In this document: positions 17,687-30,955 of the stretch, in pieces
Layout of the letters: every line of letters begins with the position of its first letter
Numbering within the stretch: position 1 is the stretch's first letter
Origin: the human T2T-CHM13v2.0 reference genome, Homo sapiens
Assembly (NCBI RefSeq): GCF_009914755.1
Contig: NC_060927.1
Direction: 5' to 3' (one strand)
DNA: 64,000 bases
The notes under the pieces: model-generated
Told to the model about the DNA's origin: nothing
Seen by the model: the letters and a program-made list of their open reading frames with translations, nothing else
Databases searched by the model: none
Program-made: the position numbers and the translations under genes

Positions 17687-20654
17687 TTAAAGAGTGAAAT
17701 GGATAGATTTGCAATATGCATTGTAGGTAAAGTCACAGGATTTACTGATGGATTGGCAATGTGGGTGAAGGGAAAGATAAGAGTCAAGGTTTGTGATGTG
17801 AGCAATTTGGTGATTAGGAGTGTTTTTACTGACAAGGAGAATGACTGAGGAGCAAGGCTGGGTGGGAATGCAGAGTGGACAAGAAAGGCACATGCTCTGA
17901 TTTGGAAGCGTTTGTCTGTAATATGTATTAGACATCCAAGGGAGAAAACAGTCAAGCAGGCTGTTAGATACAGAAGTCTAGAGTTGAGGAGGATGCTCGG
18001 AGCTAGAGATAAAATTGTTGAAGTCTTTGGCATGTGGATGGTATTTAAAGCTATCATCAAGATGAGTGAAGATGAGATTTCTGAGAGAGAAAGAAAGACA
18101 GTACTAATAGAGAAGAGAAGAAGGAATCCCAGGAGACTTAGCTTGGAGTTTGCCAAGCTAAGCTGGATGAGAAACCAACCCAGGAAATGAAGAAGGAGAA
18201 TGCAGTGAGTGAGGAGGGTCCAGAAAAGCAGTGAGGAACATGAGAATGCACGTGCAGACCCTTACACTTCTGAGACACTGCTTTTGTTGAGCTAGAAAGA
18301 CAAGGAATAAGAAGTTCCCAGAAGTCAGAATAAACAATCTTATTAGGGTTGAGAGATTCTAAATGTTTCTTCTCCTCTAATCATTTTTAGCTATAAAAGC
18401 CAGTCTGTAGGTCAGTCACCCAATGTTCTACAGCACTTAAATAATTAATTGCTTCATAGTCTTAAGATCTGCACTGTTGTGTATTCTTCTACTCTGGTAA
18501 TTAAAAGGGGGCTGTAAACTCCCCTCTACTACCATGGCGGGGAATGGACCACAGAACCTCTCACACTCCCTTCTAACTTTAAGAGCCCATGTTCTTATGG
18601 GATACCCATCAGTGACTTGAACTTTAGAGAGGCCATTTGTCTTTGTCTTGGCTGATTTCCAGATCCAGGTAATGGGGGACTAACTGGCAGGAAAGGAATG
18701 AACCAAAAATCAGGGTAGCTCACACGTGAGAAGCCAGAGCAGTGTCTGGCTAGATAGAGTACATGGTTGGGGAACCATCATGTATTATAAAAAGCAAAAT
18801 AAAATGAGGGCAGCTCATGATTACATAAAATCCCTAGGTATATTTCAATATTTCAACCCACTGACAGACAAAGTCATGTTCAAATTGGAATCCTACTTAA
18901 CCTCCAGAGGCCCAAGAGTCATGAGCAGGGTGAATGGTGAGGGTAGGAGGGCTGAGTGGACGTAGCTGGATGTGGAAGGCAGGGACTGGGGTCAGTCAGC
19001 ACCTAGAGAGCACAGTAACACACGCAAATACGTTCACCCACTATGCTCAAACCAGGTACCAGGAAACAGCAAAAAACAGAAAAGAGGGTCTGAGGACTGG
19101 GAACAGGTAGACAAGTCTCAGGACCAGTTATCACAAACCAGAATTTACATGGGGTAAGTTCCCAGCAGGAAACAGGTAGTCGAATTGAGGAAAATCTAAA
19201 GATATAGGTAGGGTTAAGAAAGACCAACAAGGCATGATGAACTGCCCTGATACCAGCAATAGTAAGGCTTTATTATCATGCCTAGCTTGAAGGGTGAAGG
19301 GAACAGTTACCAAATCATGGAGAGTATAAGGGTGAGCTACCCCCACAGAAGTTAGTGGCCTTTGGTAACAGAACACAGCTCCCTGCTGCTCCTAACTGGG
19401 AGGGAGCTGGGGAGAGAAGCATCTCAAGTCTCAGTCTCCTTTTTCCTGTCAACCAGTCTCCAACCAGAAGCCAGAATAGATGTTAGCCTCCTGGGACAAG
19501 AAGAAGAATGGAGAGTAGATCATAGATCTAGAGGGGCAAATGGAAGCCATCCTCCATTGGCTCCCTCTGACATGAGTGGATTCAACCTAAACGTGTCTTC
19601 TTTTCAGAATGTACAAGGTTTCTTTCTTCAGGGCTAATGATTTTAACACAAATGTAGCTACACTGAGCAGTTTTAACCTTGACTTTGCCTACGAATGAAC
19701 TGCAGGAGCACATCTAGAAAACACCACAGAGAAGACTCTAAGATTATTTTTTTTCCTTCCTTTTTTTCTTGGGTTCCTTTTCTGAAATCCATTACCTTTT
19801 ATTTAGTGCAAGATGCACTGATCATCTTCCAGGCTGAGAATAGACTTTACTGAAAACTTAAAGCAGAGAGAAATAAACACAGTTGTCAACAAACAATGAA
19901 AAATCATTACTCCATGGTGCTAGCCACCAAAACTGTGTTACAGGAGATCTGCCAGGGAAAAAAATAAAGCCTGGAAAATTATCACCCATCAGCATATTCC
20001 ACCTTTCAAAAATCATTAGCTTCAAACAAGGCAATAAATATAGGACCCTATGCCTAGTAGGTGAGCCAATATCTTCTCACTGATAACAATGTATTTCTAC
20101 CACCCTGTCACTAGGGCTGAATTACCTCATAATGATGATCTGTTTTATATCTTGAGGACAGTGGGTGTTGTAGGAAACACCACAGCCATCAATTCCTAAC
20201 TCTGAAGGTTTCCTTTATTGGTGCTACTGTTGTGTTAATATCAGTGGTTACCACCTTACTAAGGAGCTTTGCAATAATATGGTGATTGTGGAGTCAGGCA
20301 AGGTGATCAGTTTCTTTTGGGTCCCCTGGCTCCCATCACTATTTGTTGGGATTGAAGAAGTACTCTTTTACCATTTTAATGGATAATGGGACTGTATGGG
20401 GCTAATATATATAGGTCAAACAGTGAATACATTTGTCTGAAGCAAACTTGGATTCTTGAGGGGTCTACGTTTCCATAGCTATCAGTTGAAAACTGATCAC
20501 CACAAATTAGTTGAGAGAATCTCTACAGTCTTCTCCCTATAAATTCTCTGATTGTGTATAAACATGTAGATGTATGCTGGGATGCATGTACCATGATCAA
20601 AATTGAGATGCTATTTGTGGGCAGCCACAATCAGCCATACCAATTTTGTTTTGA

Positions 20655-20900
20655 AAGGGAATGATTAGAAGCTTGGACCCTGAAGCCAGACTTCCAGGAT
20701 TCAAGTTTCCACCTACCATTTACTAGCTATGTGGCCTTGAGGGTTACTGAACCTCCCCATGGTTCAATTTCCTCATCTAAGAAATGGGGATAATGTTACA
20801 TCTAACTCTTCAGGATTAATGAGGAGTAAATGAGCTAATACACGTAGAGCTCTTAAAACCATGCCTGGCCCATAGGGAGTACTCTGTAAATGTTAGCTCT
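20655..20900 (+). mobile_element. MIR SINE
   Basis: GAAGCCAGACTTCCAGGATTCAAG…ACTAGCTATGTGGCCTTG…TTTCCTCATCT…AAATGGGGATAAT. Confidence 0.85.
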
Positions 20901-21832
20901 TACAGTATTATTTTATTGCAGGTCTAATGGTGTATTGCAGTGTTTATTAAGAAAACCTCAAAGTTGGGCTATTACTAACTGGTGTAGAATCAGTCACATA
21001 AAATGGCATTTTGCTCACTCTACTTTGGATATCTTACCATTCCCTTACCCACCATGCTCTTACCTACCTGGAAGCCCTTATTAACTCCCCAGAAAAGTGC
21101 CTAGTGCATAACACATAGGAGGGGCTCCATTATTGTCTGGGGGATGCATGTAGTCCACTAGGACACAAGTGCAATTTGTCTCAAAATACTATCTTTTGTT
21201 AACGTAGTATACATCAAAAGAAGAAGTTTTTGTCTCCCTGAGTAATTACCAGTCTTTATGGCCCCAGATACAACCTTGTCTTGATGTTACCTCATAACCC
21301 ACTCCTTGCTCTGTTAAAACCACCTGGGAGACTCTACAATACACGTGCCATTCCTGAGTAGTAGATTTTTAAACTTGGAAACTGGTTTTTGCTGACAGAT
21401 GTGTAAAAGTGCACCTACCTACACAACTCCCTATCACCTTGACAGCTGTGAATAGTCAGTAAACCACACTGTTTCTTTTCTGTTGGCATTAATGGACACT
21501 TGAACTTTTCTCCCCAGGTCTACCTGTTTCTAATGGTATCAGGCTATCCCAAGAATTGTTTGGCTCATTGCATCCATGTGGATTCCCACACCCCTGGTGG
21601 AAGCAGTTCCAGCACAAATAGAAAAGATGTGCAAATCTGAATTTCCACTTCCTTTGCAAGGAAATGAGAACTACCAGGGTGTCCTCTGTTAGGCACAGGT
21701 CCCATTTCTAACCCCCTATGTCTCCTGGAGCCTACCCAGTGTGCCATGTGTAAAAGATGGTGTTAGTGGGACCTGGGTGGCTCATTTCATAGTAAATGAC
21801 AAATGCTTTGTTTTTCTTCTTTCAATGTATTA

Positions 21833-21867
21833 GTTTTTTTTGTTTGTTTGTTTGTTTGTTTGTTTTT
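21833..21867. repeat. (TTTG)n microsatellite
   Basis: Direct reading: T-run followed by TTTG repeats. Confidence 0.9.
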
Positions 21868-24194
21868 AGTGTTTCTGGAGAAATACTGAGTGATTAATAA
21901 CCCATCTTGGTTTTGCTTTTTCTATCACTGGCTTGTAGAGAAATAATGTGACCTACAGATGTTTGCACAAATAGTACATTGTCTTAATAGATTCCTCTCA
22001 GACATGCCGCATGCTGTTAGGCTTATCAGCAGTCAAAGAACAGGTATTCCTGGACTTTGTCTAATTGTTTTTTCTTTGCTTTTCTTGTTAGGCTAAATAC
22101 CAACCCATATTGAAAAGGGGACTTGAGAAAACAGTGTTCAGAACTGTGCATTGCTTTTGTCCTTTACAAGGCAGACAGAGGAAGAAACGTGCAGATAGAC
22201 ACATGTGCAGGTCTAATAAACAGTCCTAACGCAATGGCAGCATTCTTACATGCTGGGCATGGCACTGTGTAGGTCAGATACTTCTTTACAAATGTTGCTT
22301 TTTTATTTTACTTAAAGTACAGTAGTAGAAAATAGCTTTTCTTAACCAGATAAAAATTACCAACCAGAGTTAAATTAAGTCATCTTTTACACTAAGTAGT
22401 TTAATTTAAAATAGATGATTAATGATAACTGAAAATCTCTGAACTGGTTTATATAAGCATTTAGTTGGGATTGTAGAATAAAGAAAAAGTGGGGAGACAC
22501 AATTTCCGAATTGGGTCATGTTCCATTGTTCCCTAGATCAGAAAATTCAAGCAAAGTTTGAGTTACCCGTGAGAGAATTTGGGTTAAAATTTAGAACCCA
22601 AATGTTAGAGCAGGCAGGGACCTTTGAGTCACTTAACCCAACACACTCATTTTCCAAATGGGGAAAATGAGGCCCTCACATGGCTCCTTAGTAACTAAGA
22701 AATAGCCAAAGCCCACTTCTTAAATCTGAGAGTCTCATATTATTCCCATATTACTGCCCACTAGCTTTTTCTAGTCAAAATTTTTTAAATTCAAAAATAT
22801 TTGTTAGGCACTTAGTAGACACAGGCACTGAAGTGTAGCAATTTAGATGAAAATGGAACATAAGAGTTCATCATATTAGCCATCAAAGTTATGTTTTTCA
22901 TCTGTAGGAGAGAGACAGCTGCAAAGCATTTGATCTTAACAATGACAATTAAAATGAACCTTATTTGAAGTTGCAAAATCACCACATTGCATTAGCACAA
23001 GACTCGGGCATGCATGCACGAGGGTATTTTGCAGATGGTTTACAAAGACTTAGTTTATATAGGCACTTTAGGAAACAGATGGAAGCCACAGTGTTCCATG
23101 GTAAATGAGGATTTATGGCTCTACAGTCACCAGCAGAGTGGCTCCCTTCTACCTGATGGGACAGCTGAAGTGGCGTGATGCCTCTGCCTCTGGTTTGTAA
23201 ATCCCTGGTCTAGGAGGCCCTAAAGGAAATTTTGTCCCCAGTGGGACCATTGGCTTCATCCTATACCCCTACAATGTATCATTAATGGACATTTGCTTTC
23301 AACAACAACAAAAAAATCTATTCTATTTAAACTTTGTAAAGGATAAATCGGCATCATCCAGAAGGCTAGAAGATTGAGAGAGAAACCTACATTCCTCTGT
23401 ATGTTCTCTGCTATCATCATAAAACCCAACACGGTTTTAATTTTTTCTCAAACTTTTATGTTTAGTATCTATGGTACCTACCCACTACACCAATTTATCC
23501 GTCTCCAAATGTTTTAAGGGCTTGAGATTAGAGAATTAAAGGAAAACACATATAAAGCTGAGCTTCAGGAAGACTCAGCTAATAGGTAACTTCAAGGTCT
23601 TTGGTCTGTAAAATACTGATAAGAATGTGTGTCTTGGTTTCTTATGAGGTAGTATTTCAGTATTTCATAAAGAAGCTATCAGGGAAGATAGCAGCTTGAG
23701 AGGAAAAAAACCTGCACATAATATCAGACAAAAGGGATCAATGAGATGAATGCCAGAGCTATTACAGTGAATGTAGAATATCCTCTGTGTGATGGCATCT
23801 TCCCTAATTATTTAAGATTGCTTGTAAAATTGATTTTATGTAAACATAACAACACTCGGCAACAGCCAGCTTCTTGCAGGCAACATAAGTTGTTGGGGAT
23901 TTATTGACCTGTCATTCACATGTGTTACTTTACTACCACTTAATGGTCTGTTTAGATAGCCTTGGTGTGTACAAACTCCCCACCCTCAGCTCCAAGCATC
24001 ACACGTTGACAGGTAGCTGCCACAGAGATGAAATAAGGAACCCCATGCCAGAGCATACTAGGGCATGGAAACATTTGTTATTTTCTAATCAAATGCAGGG
24101 TTTTTCTCAGGAGCTAGAGTAGGAGGTGAGGAGTCCACATCTTTCTACTATTTCTTGAACATGGAAACAAAAAAAAATTACTAGACTCACACTT

Positions 24195-24370
24195 AACTGA
24201 AGGTCCTAATTTCAACTCTTACTGGTGACCTAGTGCCATGGGTATGTCAGATTATGTCTCTAAGCTTCAGGCTGATCATCTGTAAACAAGAAAAGCAGTG
24301 CCTGTCCCTTTCTTGAATTTCCTAGGAAGATTTAAGGATAAAATGGTTATAACGTGCTATGCAAATGTGT
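24195..24370 (+). mobile_element. MIR SINE (degenerate)
   Basis: TCTCTAAGCTTCAG…CATCTGTAAA…GAAGATTTAAGGATAAAATGG. Confidence 0.55.
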
Positions 24371-26147
24371 GATCAAACACTACACACATATATACACATA
24401 CTTAATGCAGTCAGAGTTGTCAGCAAGTACACTTGGAAAATACAAAGAGCTATTTGCCTTGGAGAGGTTAGGGGGTAAAGAACTAGGGCACAGTTGCTAC
24501 TCTGAGGGAGATTACAGTCAAATAGAGAAGATGTCACATTTTGTAGATCTGAGACATTGTTTATTTTACATTATAACATCTCTCAAATTGAGGTATATCT
24601 CATAGCTAATGGCATATCTTAGAATGAAGACTTTTTCTTTCTTAGTGGCACATGAGTTAATGGTGCCTCTTTTTCATACCCAGTTGTGTCTTAGATTCCA
24701 TGAAATTTAATAATATAGCCCCTCAGATAACTTTCCTTGGGGGTCAAGGGAACTGTGGGAAGAGGGAGGTGTATCCCCAGAGGAGAGATTCTGAAAGACT
24801 GCAGAAAGAATGACTGTGTAAGCTGCATGACTGGAAAATTCATGTTGGACTGGATAAGAACTCGTTTTGAGGGAAAGATAATACATTTTGCAAGCATACC
24901 ATTTTAAAACCCAAGAATTTCCTATTATATCATAATAGAAATGTAAAGAGAAAAATCTGACAACTAATGGGAAAGGGAAAGAATAAACAGTGAAGGCTGG
25001 CCTCCTGTGCCCCGTTTAATGGAACAACCAACTCCTAGGGAGGTCCCAGAGTGACAGGATCCTCGCATGCAGGACGCCAGCCCTCAGACTAGAGCTGACA
25101 TCGTCCATCCTCTTTCCCACTCCGTACCCGTTGGGTGAACCCAGCTCTTAATCTAAAACAGAACGTTCAGAGTCTCAGGCTCTGTGACTGGCCTCCAGAG
25201 TGACCCCAACTCGATCCCAGGGCAGAGCAAACAGCCTTAACTCAGGTTTAGTTTTTTAGCAGGACTTGCTTTCAGGAATGCAGTTATGTGACCATTTCCC
25301 TGACCCAGCCCTTGTCATAATGAATCCTTCCTTCCTATTGAATTATTTCCCCCTCTTTCCTCTAAAAGATTTATCCTGCATGCCAACCCTTAGTGAAACT
25401 TTTCTTGCTCAAGAAAAAAAATAAACAAGCAACCAGGATTTGAGTGGCCAGAGTTTGGACAAAATCAAATGGCGTTTCCTGTATTTTAAAAGATTGCGAA
25501 ATATTCTAAAGATGAAGAAGAATGTTGATATAGCTTAAATGCCCAATTATAGCAACTGGAGTTCAAAACCCAATTAGTAGCATCTTTCGTCTCCCTCCCC
25601 CTGCTAATTTCCTCCTCTTCTCATGTCCTCTATTCACTCATCGTGACTGGTTTTGTGCTTAGGTTTTATATTTCTATTTTCTCAGTATGACATCTACTTG
25701 GACTTTAGCTATTTTGTCATGCATGTTTAGTTTTTATATTTTTCTCTCCCATCCTTATCTCCTGCATTTTATCTACCTCGACCTTTCCATCTGGTTATTT
25801 TTACCGTTCTTCCTATTGCTTTATTATTTTCTCTTTCCTGTTTATTGTTTCTCTTCCTTCACTCAGGCTTCCGTTTTTCTATTTGTCAAGTCTTTCTGCA
25901 TTCCTTGTAAAATAATAATTATTGAATCAAGGATACTCCCAAAATGACAGGGTATAGGCAAATGAGAAACTGTGCTCTGTTATAGTTACTAGGTATTAAA
26001 AATAAACTTGACCAAGGCTAACGTCAGACAGCCTTGAGGTTGTTAACATCCCATTTAAGGGAGGCTCCCAAGGAGGACTCTCTGAAAGGAATGTTGTCAT
26101 TAGCCCGGGGATGAGGATAATGTGGGAAAAGAAAGGGGGTTGAAGGG

Positions 26148-26395
26148 AGAGGCAATGTAGTACAGTGGCTGTAGACTCTGGTGCCAGACTTCCTGTGTTC
26201 CCGCACCAACCCTAGTGCACACTTTAGCTGTGTAACCTTAGGAAAGTTACTTCTCCGGATCACATTTGTCAAATAAAGATAATATAATATAACCTTTATA
26301 CAATTTTTGCGAGGGTTAAATCTGTTAGTATATTTAAGCACTTAGAACAGTGCCTAGAACACAGTAAGAGCTATGCACGTATTAGCTGTTATCAT
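26148..26395 (+). mobile_element. MIR SINE
   Basis: GACTCTGGTGCCAGACT…TAGCTGTGTAACCTTAGGAAAGTTACTT…AAGCACTTAGAACAGTGCCTAG. Confidence 0.85.
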
Positions 26396-26505
26396 TTGCT
26401 TTCGTCACTCAAGTTGGCATCACATTTAAGGAAACAGATGTTTTGAGAAATGCATTTCCCCTTGCATGTGTGCATATGGAATGAAGCTTGAAAAGGTCCT
26501 AAAGC

Positions 26506-26705
26506 CACAATTCTCAAGGTTGAGTCCTTGGACCAGCAGCATCAGCATTACCTGGGAATCTGTTAGAAATGCAAATTCTCAGGCCCTATCTCTGCCCTAC
26601 CCCTGGTCAACTGAATGAGAAACCTGGAGGGTGGGCCAGGAAATTTGAGTTTTAACAAACCCTTCAAGTGATTCTGATGATGCTAATGCTTGAGAACTAC
26701 CACTG
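26506..26705. mobile_element. MER5A (hAT-Charlie MITE)
   Basis: GGACCAGCAGCATCAGCATTACCTGGGAA…TGTTAGAAATGCAAATTCTCAGGCCC…TTTTAACAAACCC…GTGATTCTGATG…TTGAGAAC. Confidence 0.88.
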
Positions 26706-27299
26706 TGGTGTGGATATCCCCTCTCTACTCTCAAGCTGCATTCAGAATATAGAATGTAGCCGTCTCCATCTCAATCCCTCACCACTACCACCAGCAACAC
26801 CCCGAGCCATTGTAAAGTCCACGTTGTCATCTTCGAAGTAGCTTGAGTAGGGTGCAAGATAGCAATATTCTAACTGAGGAACATTAGCATCATATCATGT
26901 CTTTTTTTGGCCCCAGAAGGGAATTGCTTGTTTCTTTGGGCTCAAAGAGTAGGAGTCCAAAAGCATATAATAGGTGAAGACACATTAAAACAAAGAGATG
27001 TTCTTTATTCTCATGGAATAGGTAGGCAAGACTAGATGATCCAAATGTAGATTTAAACATGAGTGCTTTTCACCTCTCAAAATAATCAGGACAACTGGCA
27101 ATAAATGTTCAATGACCTGTGTTTAGAATTTTCAAATTGTCTCCTTTGAGGCATGTTTACAAACTTTCAAAGTTGATACTCTTTAGGGCAAATCACTGTG
27201 TGCTCCTTTGGAGGCTCTGGGATGGTGGGAGAACTTCCCCCTGCAGGGACATGGACTGGGTAGCCTCATCCATGGGTGTGATATTTGTGGCATTGCCTA

Positions 27300-27764
<465 letters not shown>

Positions 27765-28347
27765 TCATAACTTTCCCTCATAGGCAAACTTCCCAGAAAT
27801 CCTCATGGAAGAACTAGAGTGAGAACATCTAGATTAGGAGGCCCGTTGTTAACAATAGCACCTAAGAGCAATAATGTCCCAAAGGTATGCTACTGATGCA
27901 TCTACTATGCAAGTACAAATTCCTGTGTTTGATCAGGATGTTATACCTTTATATTTAGCCAGATTGGTTTGGTCAGTCTCATTTCATTCATTCAGAGACT
28001 GAGGTTCGGAGAGATTGTAGGGGTGAAAGGCACAAAATGAGTCATAGAGCCAAGGTGAGAACCCATGTCCTCTGAATTGTGATCCTGAGCAATTTACACT
28101 TCACTGTGTGGCTCCTCTCTGCCAGCCCACTGCACAAGACGGTCTCTAGTTCTTCATCGTGGAAAGAGCATGGCTCCTCAGCAGGGAAGCCCCTTTCTGA
28201 ACCTAAGAAATGAAAAGATGATTTGCTTATTAGATTTGGCAGCCCCTGTATTGATAGCCTCTGCTATCCTCCAATATTTTCCCAGATTTCAAGTTGGTAG
28301 AACTAGGAGGCTGAGCAATGTTAGAGAATGGTCACCATCAGCATCTG

Positions 28348-28825
<478 letters not shown>

Positions 28826-30074
28826 CTGTAAGATCATTTTTTAGTTGGGTGTTTAGAGTGAGTTTCATTTGGAAGAAGAAAAAAACAGAAACATAATTTA
28901 ACTTCTGTCCCCTTAACTTCTTGAAACAAACCATCAAACAGAATCCACTTTTCTGTCAAATATCTAGCATGTCTGATTAGAATGCTCTGGGGGTCCATGA
29001 GCCCCTGCACCCCAGTAGAGCCCCGCCCCATTACTGCATGGCAGTTGTTAACTAGTTGTCTGGCTTTTATCTGAAAAGTCAGTATAATGTCTCCTTCCTT
29101 CCTTGTCTCTTCATCCCTCCCTCCCTCTCTCCTAAGAGCAAGCTTTATTTATTGTTGTTATTTCCTATTAACCAATAGGGTGGAATATGAGCAGCATGTA
29201 GAATAACAATGAGAGTTGTCCTCTATATTGGGCAAAAGGCTTGTGTTTAGAATTATAAACTGGACTCTCAACTCCTATCTTTAAAATGAAAAGGTATAGA
29301 TGGTGATGGCCCTGCATCCCTGGGGACAGGAGGGGAGGGACCTGTTCCTCAGCCCTTTTTTTCTTTGTAGCATCAGAACTCTAGCTTTGAAATCACACCC
29401 ACATGCAGGACTGGCTTCTCTTTCTCTAGAATGAGGCTGACATCCTCCTCACCTGAGAACATTCTTTTCTCTGCTACAAGCTCACCGTGGCAGGAGGTGG
29501 GCTGATGTGTGATATATTTGGCACCAGTGAGTTGCAGTTTATTTCAGTTGTCTACGAACATACTCCCAGAAAAGAGTATTTTCAGACAGTCCAAGCTTCT
29601 TTATGCTTTCAAGGGTAGAAAACCAGCTAGCCAAATTCTGTTCGTTCAGAAAGCTTAAAAGAAGATAAGAAATAAACTGTTTACCCAATTAAGTGCATTT
29701 CTTTCCTTCATAGCCAGCTAATAATAAAAATTTGTATAGGTGTACTGGTTCCAAATTATTCCACTCTGGATGGCACCTACAGTCTGTTTTGTCATAAATG
29801 CATCATAAACTCTTATATGAGGTCATACATTGAGTTGTACCCCCATGGCCGTAGTAGATACTTAAAGGCAGAATAAAGCGTACACTCCTCCCTCCACACT
29901 TGTCCTCTCTTTATCATCTTAGCCCTGTAGTTTGCAATGCACTCCATATATTCTAGTCACATAGCCATTTTAAGATGTGCCCTCTCTCTGTTACACAAGA
30001 TTCAGACTATTCCCTTTGTCTCAAGCACTTTTTCCTGACTTGTCTATTTGCCAAAGATCCACAGAAAGGACAAT

Positions 30075-30955
30075 ACAGCCCCCTTTGTGTCCCTGGTATG
30101 TCTTTATCAGACTATATTGCCTGTTCGTGTTTGGTCTCTGGATCCTTCAAGGGTTCAAGGGACAGAAACTCACCCATCAGCTCAGCTAAAGAGGAAGTTT
30201 ATTGGACACTGGGTGTGATTACTCATTTATTAAATTCACTTTTATGAGGCACCTGTCCTACATGTCAGCTACTGGACAAGACACAGACAATGAAAAGGTG
30301 ACATTTCTCCTTCAGTCGGAGGCCCCCAAATGAGCATCCCTGGAGTAAGCCTCAGTTTCCCCTACCACGAGGATCCTGGCTCAGCCAGACCTTCAGATTA
30401 AAGCAAAGCCATCAAGTCTGTATTAGTTGACCTCCTGCAATTGCATTTAAAATATATATATATATATTGCTGTTTGCCACTGAGGTTTTCTGATTGTTAG
30501 TTTTGCAGCAATAGGTGATCTACATACCAGCCTGCCCTACGCTCCTTCTGTTCTCCTTCATTCCCTTTCTGTTACCCAAGGGCTTGAAAAGTGTTCTGAG
30601 TGGGATTCTCTATCTTGTATCTTTCCTAAACCAGGGCCACGGTTCTTAGTCTAGGCAAGCACGTGACCTAAGAAGGAGCAATCAGAACTCTCACAGATAC
30701 ACCGTGATCAGTGCTTAAAGCCCTAATGCAGAATCCAGAGATCTGGGAGGGGCCCCAGTTTCTGCTTTCCTCAAGCTTGTTTGTTTGGCATTTCCGTCAG
30801 TCCGTGAGCTTACCCAGGATCCAGCACATTTCCTCTTTAGCTTAAGCTGATTTGAGCTGAGTTTCTGTCCCTTGTAACCTTGAAGGATCCAGAGACAGAA
30901 CACGAACAGGCAATATAGTCTGATAAAGATACACCAGGGACACAAACAGAGCTGT
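30075..30955. repeat. Inverted repeat: arms about 30075-30214 and 30812-30955, ~600-bp spacer
   Basis: 30084-30172 matches the reverse complement of the right arm with 6 mismatches in 89 nt. The ORF track shows matching peptides (…SLSDYIACSC.VSGSFK..RDRNS) on opposite strands. Confidence 0.92.

Noticed and set aside
19600-19698. Tandem acceptors followed by a short open frame (ANDFNTNVATLSSFNLDFAYE*)
   Set aside because: The peptide is not recognised and there is no supporting upstream exon. Such acceptors are common by chance.
22044-22091. GT…AG mini-intron
   Set aside because: 48 nt is below the usual minimum for human spliceosomal introns.
25687-25947. Hydrophobic 86-aa ORF resembling a membrane protein
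   Set aside because: It derives from a T/C-rich low-complexity tract, so the Phe/Leu content is a compositional artefact.
30075-30955. Inverted repeat interpreted as TIRs of a DNA transposon or as a pre-miRNA
   Set aside because: No TSD or recognisable transposon termini were seen, the arms appear to be L2/MaLR-derived, and the ~600-bp spacer is far too long for a pre-miRNA.
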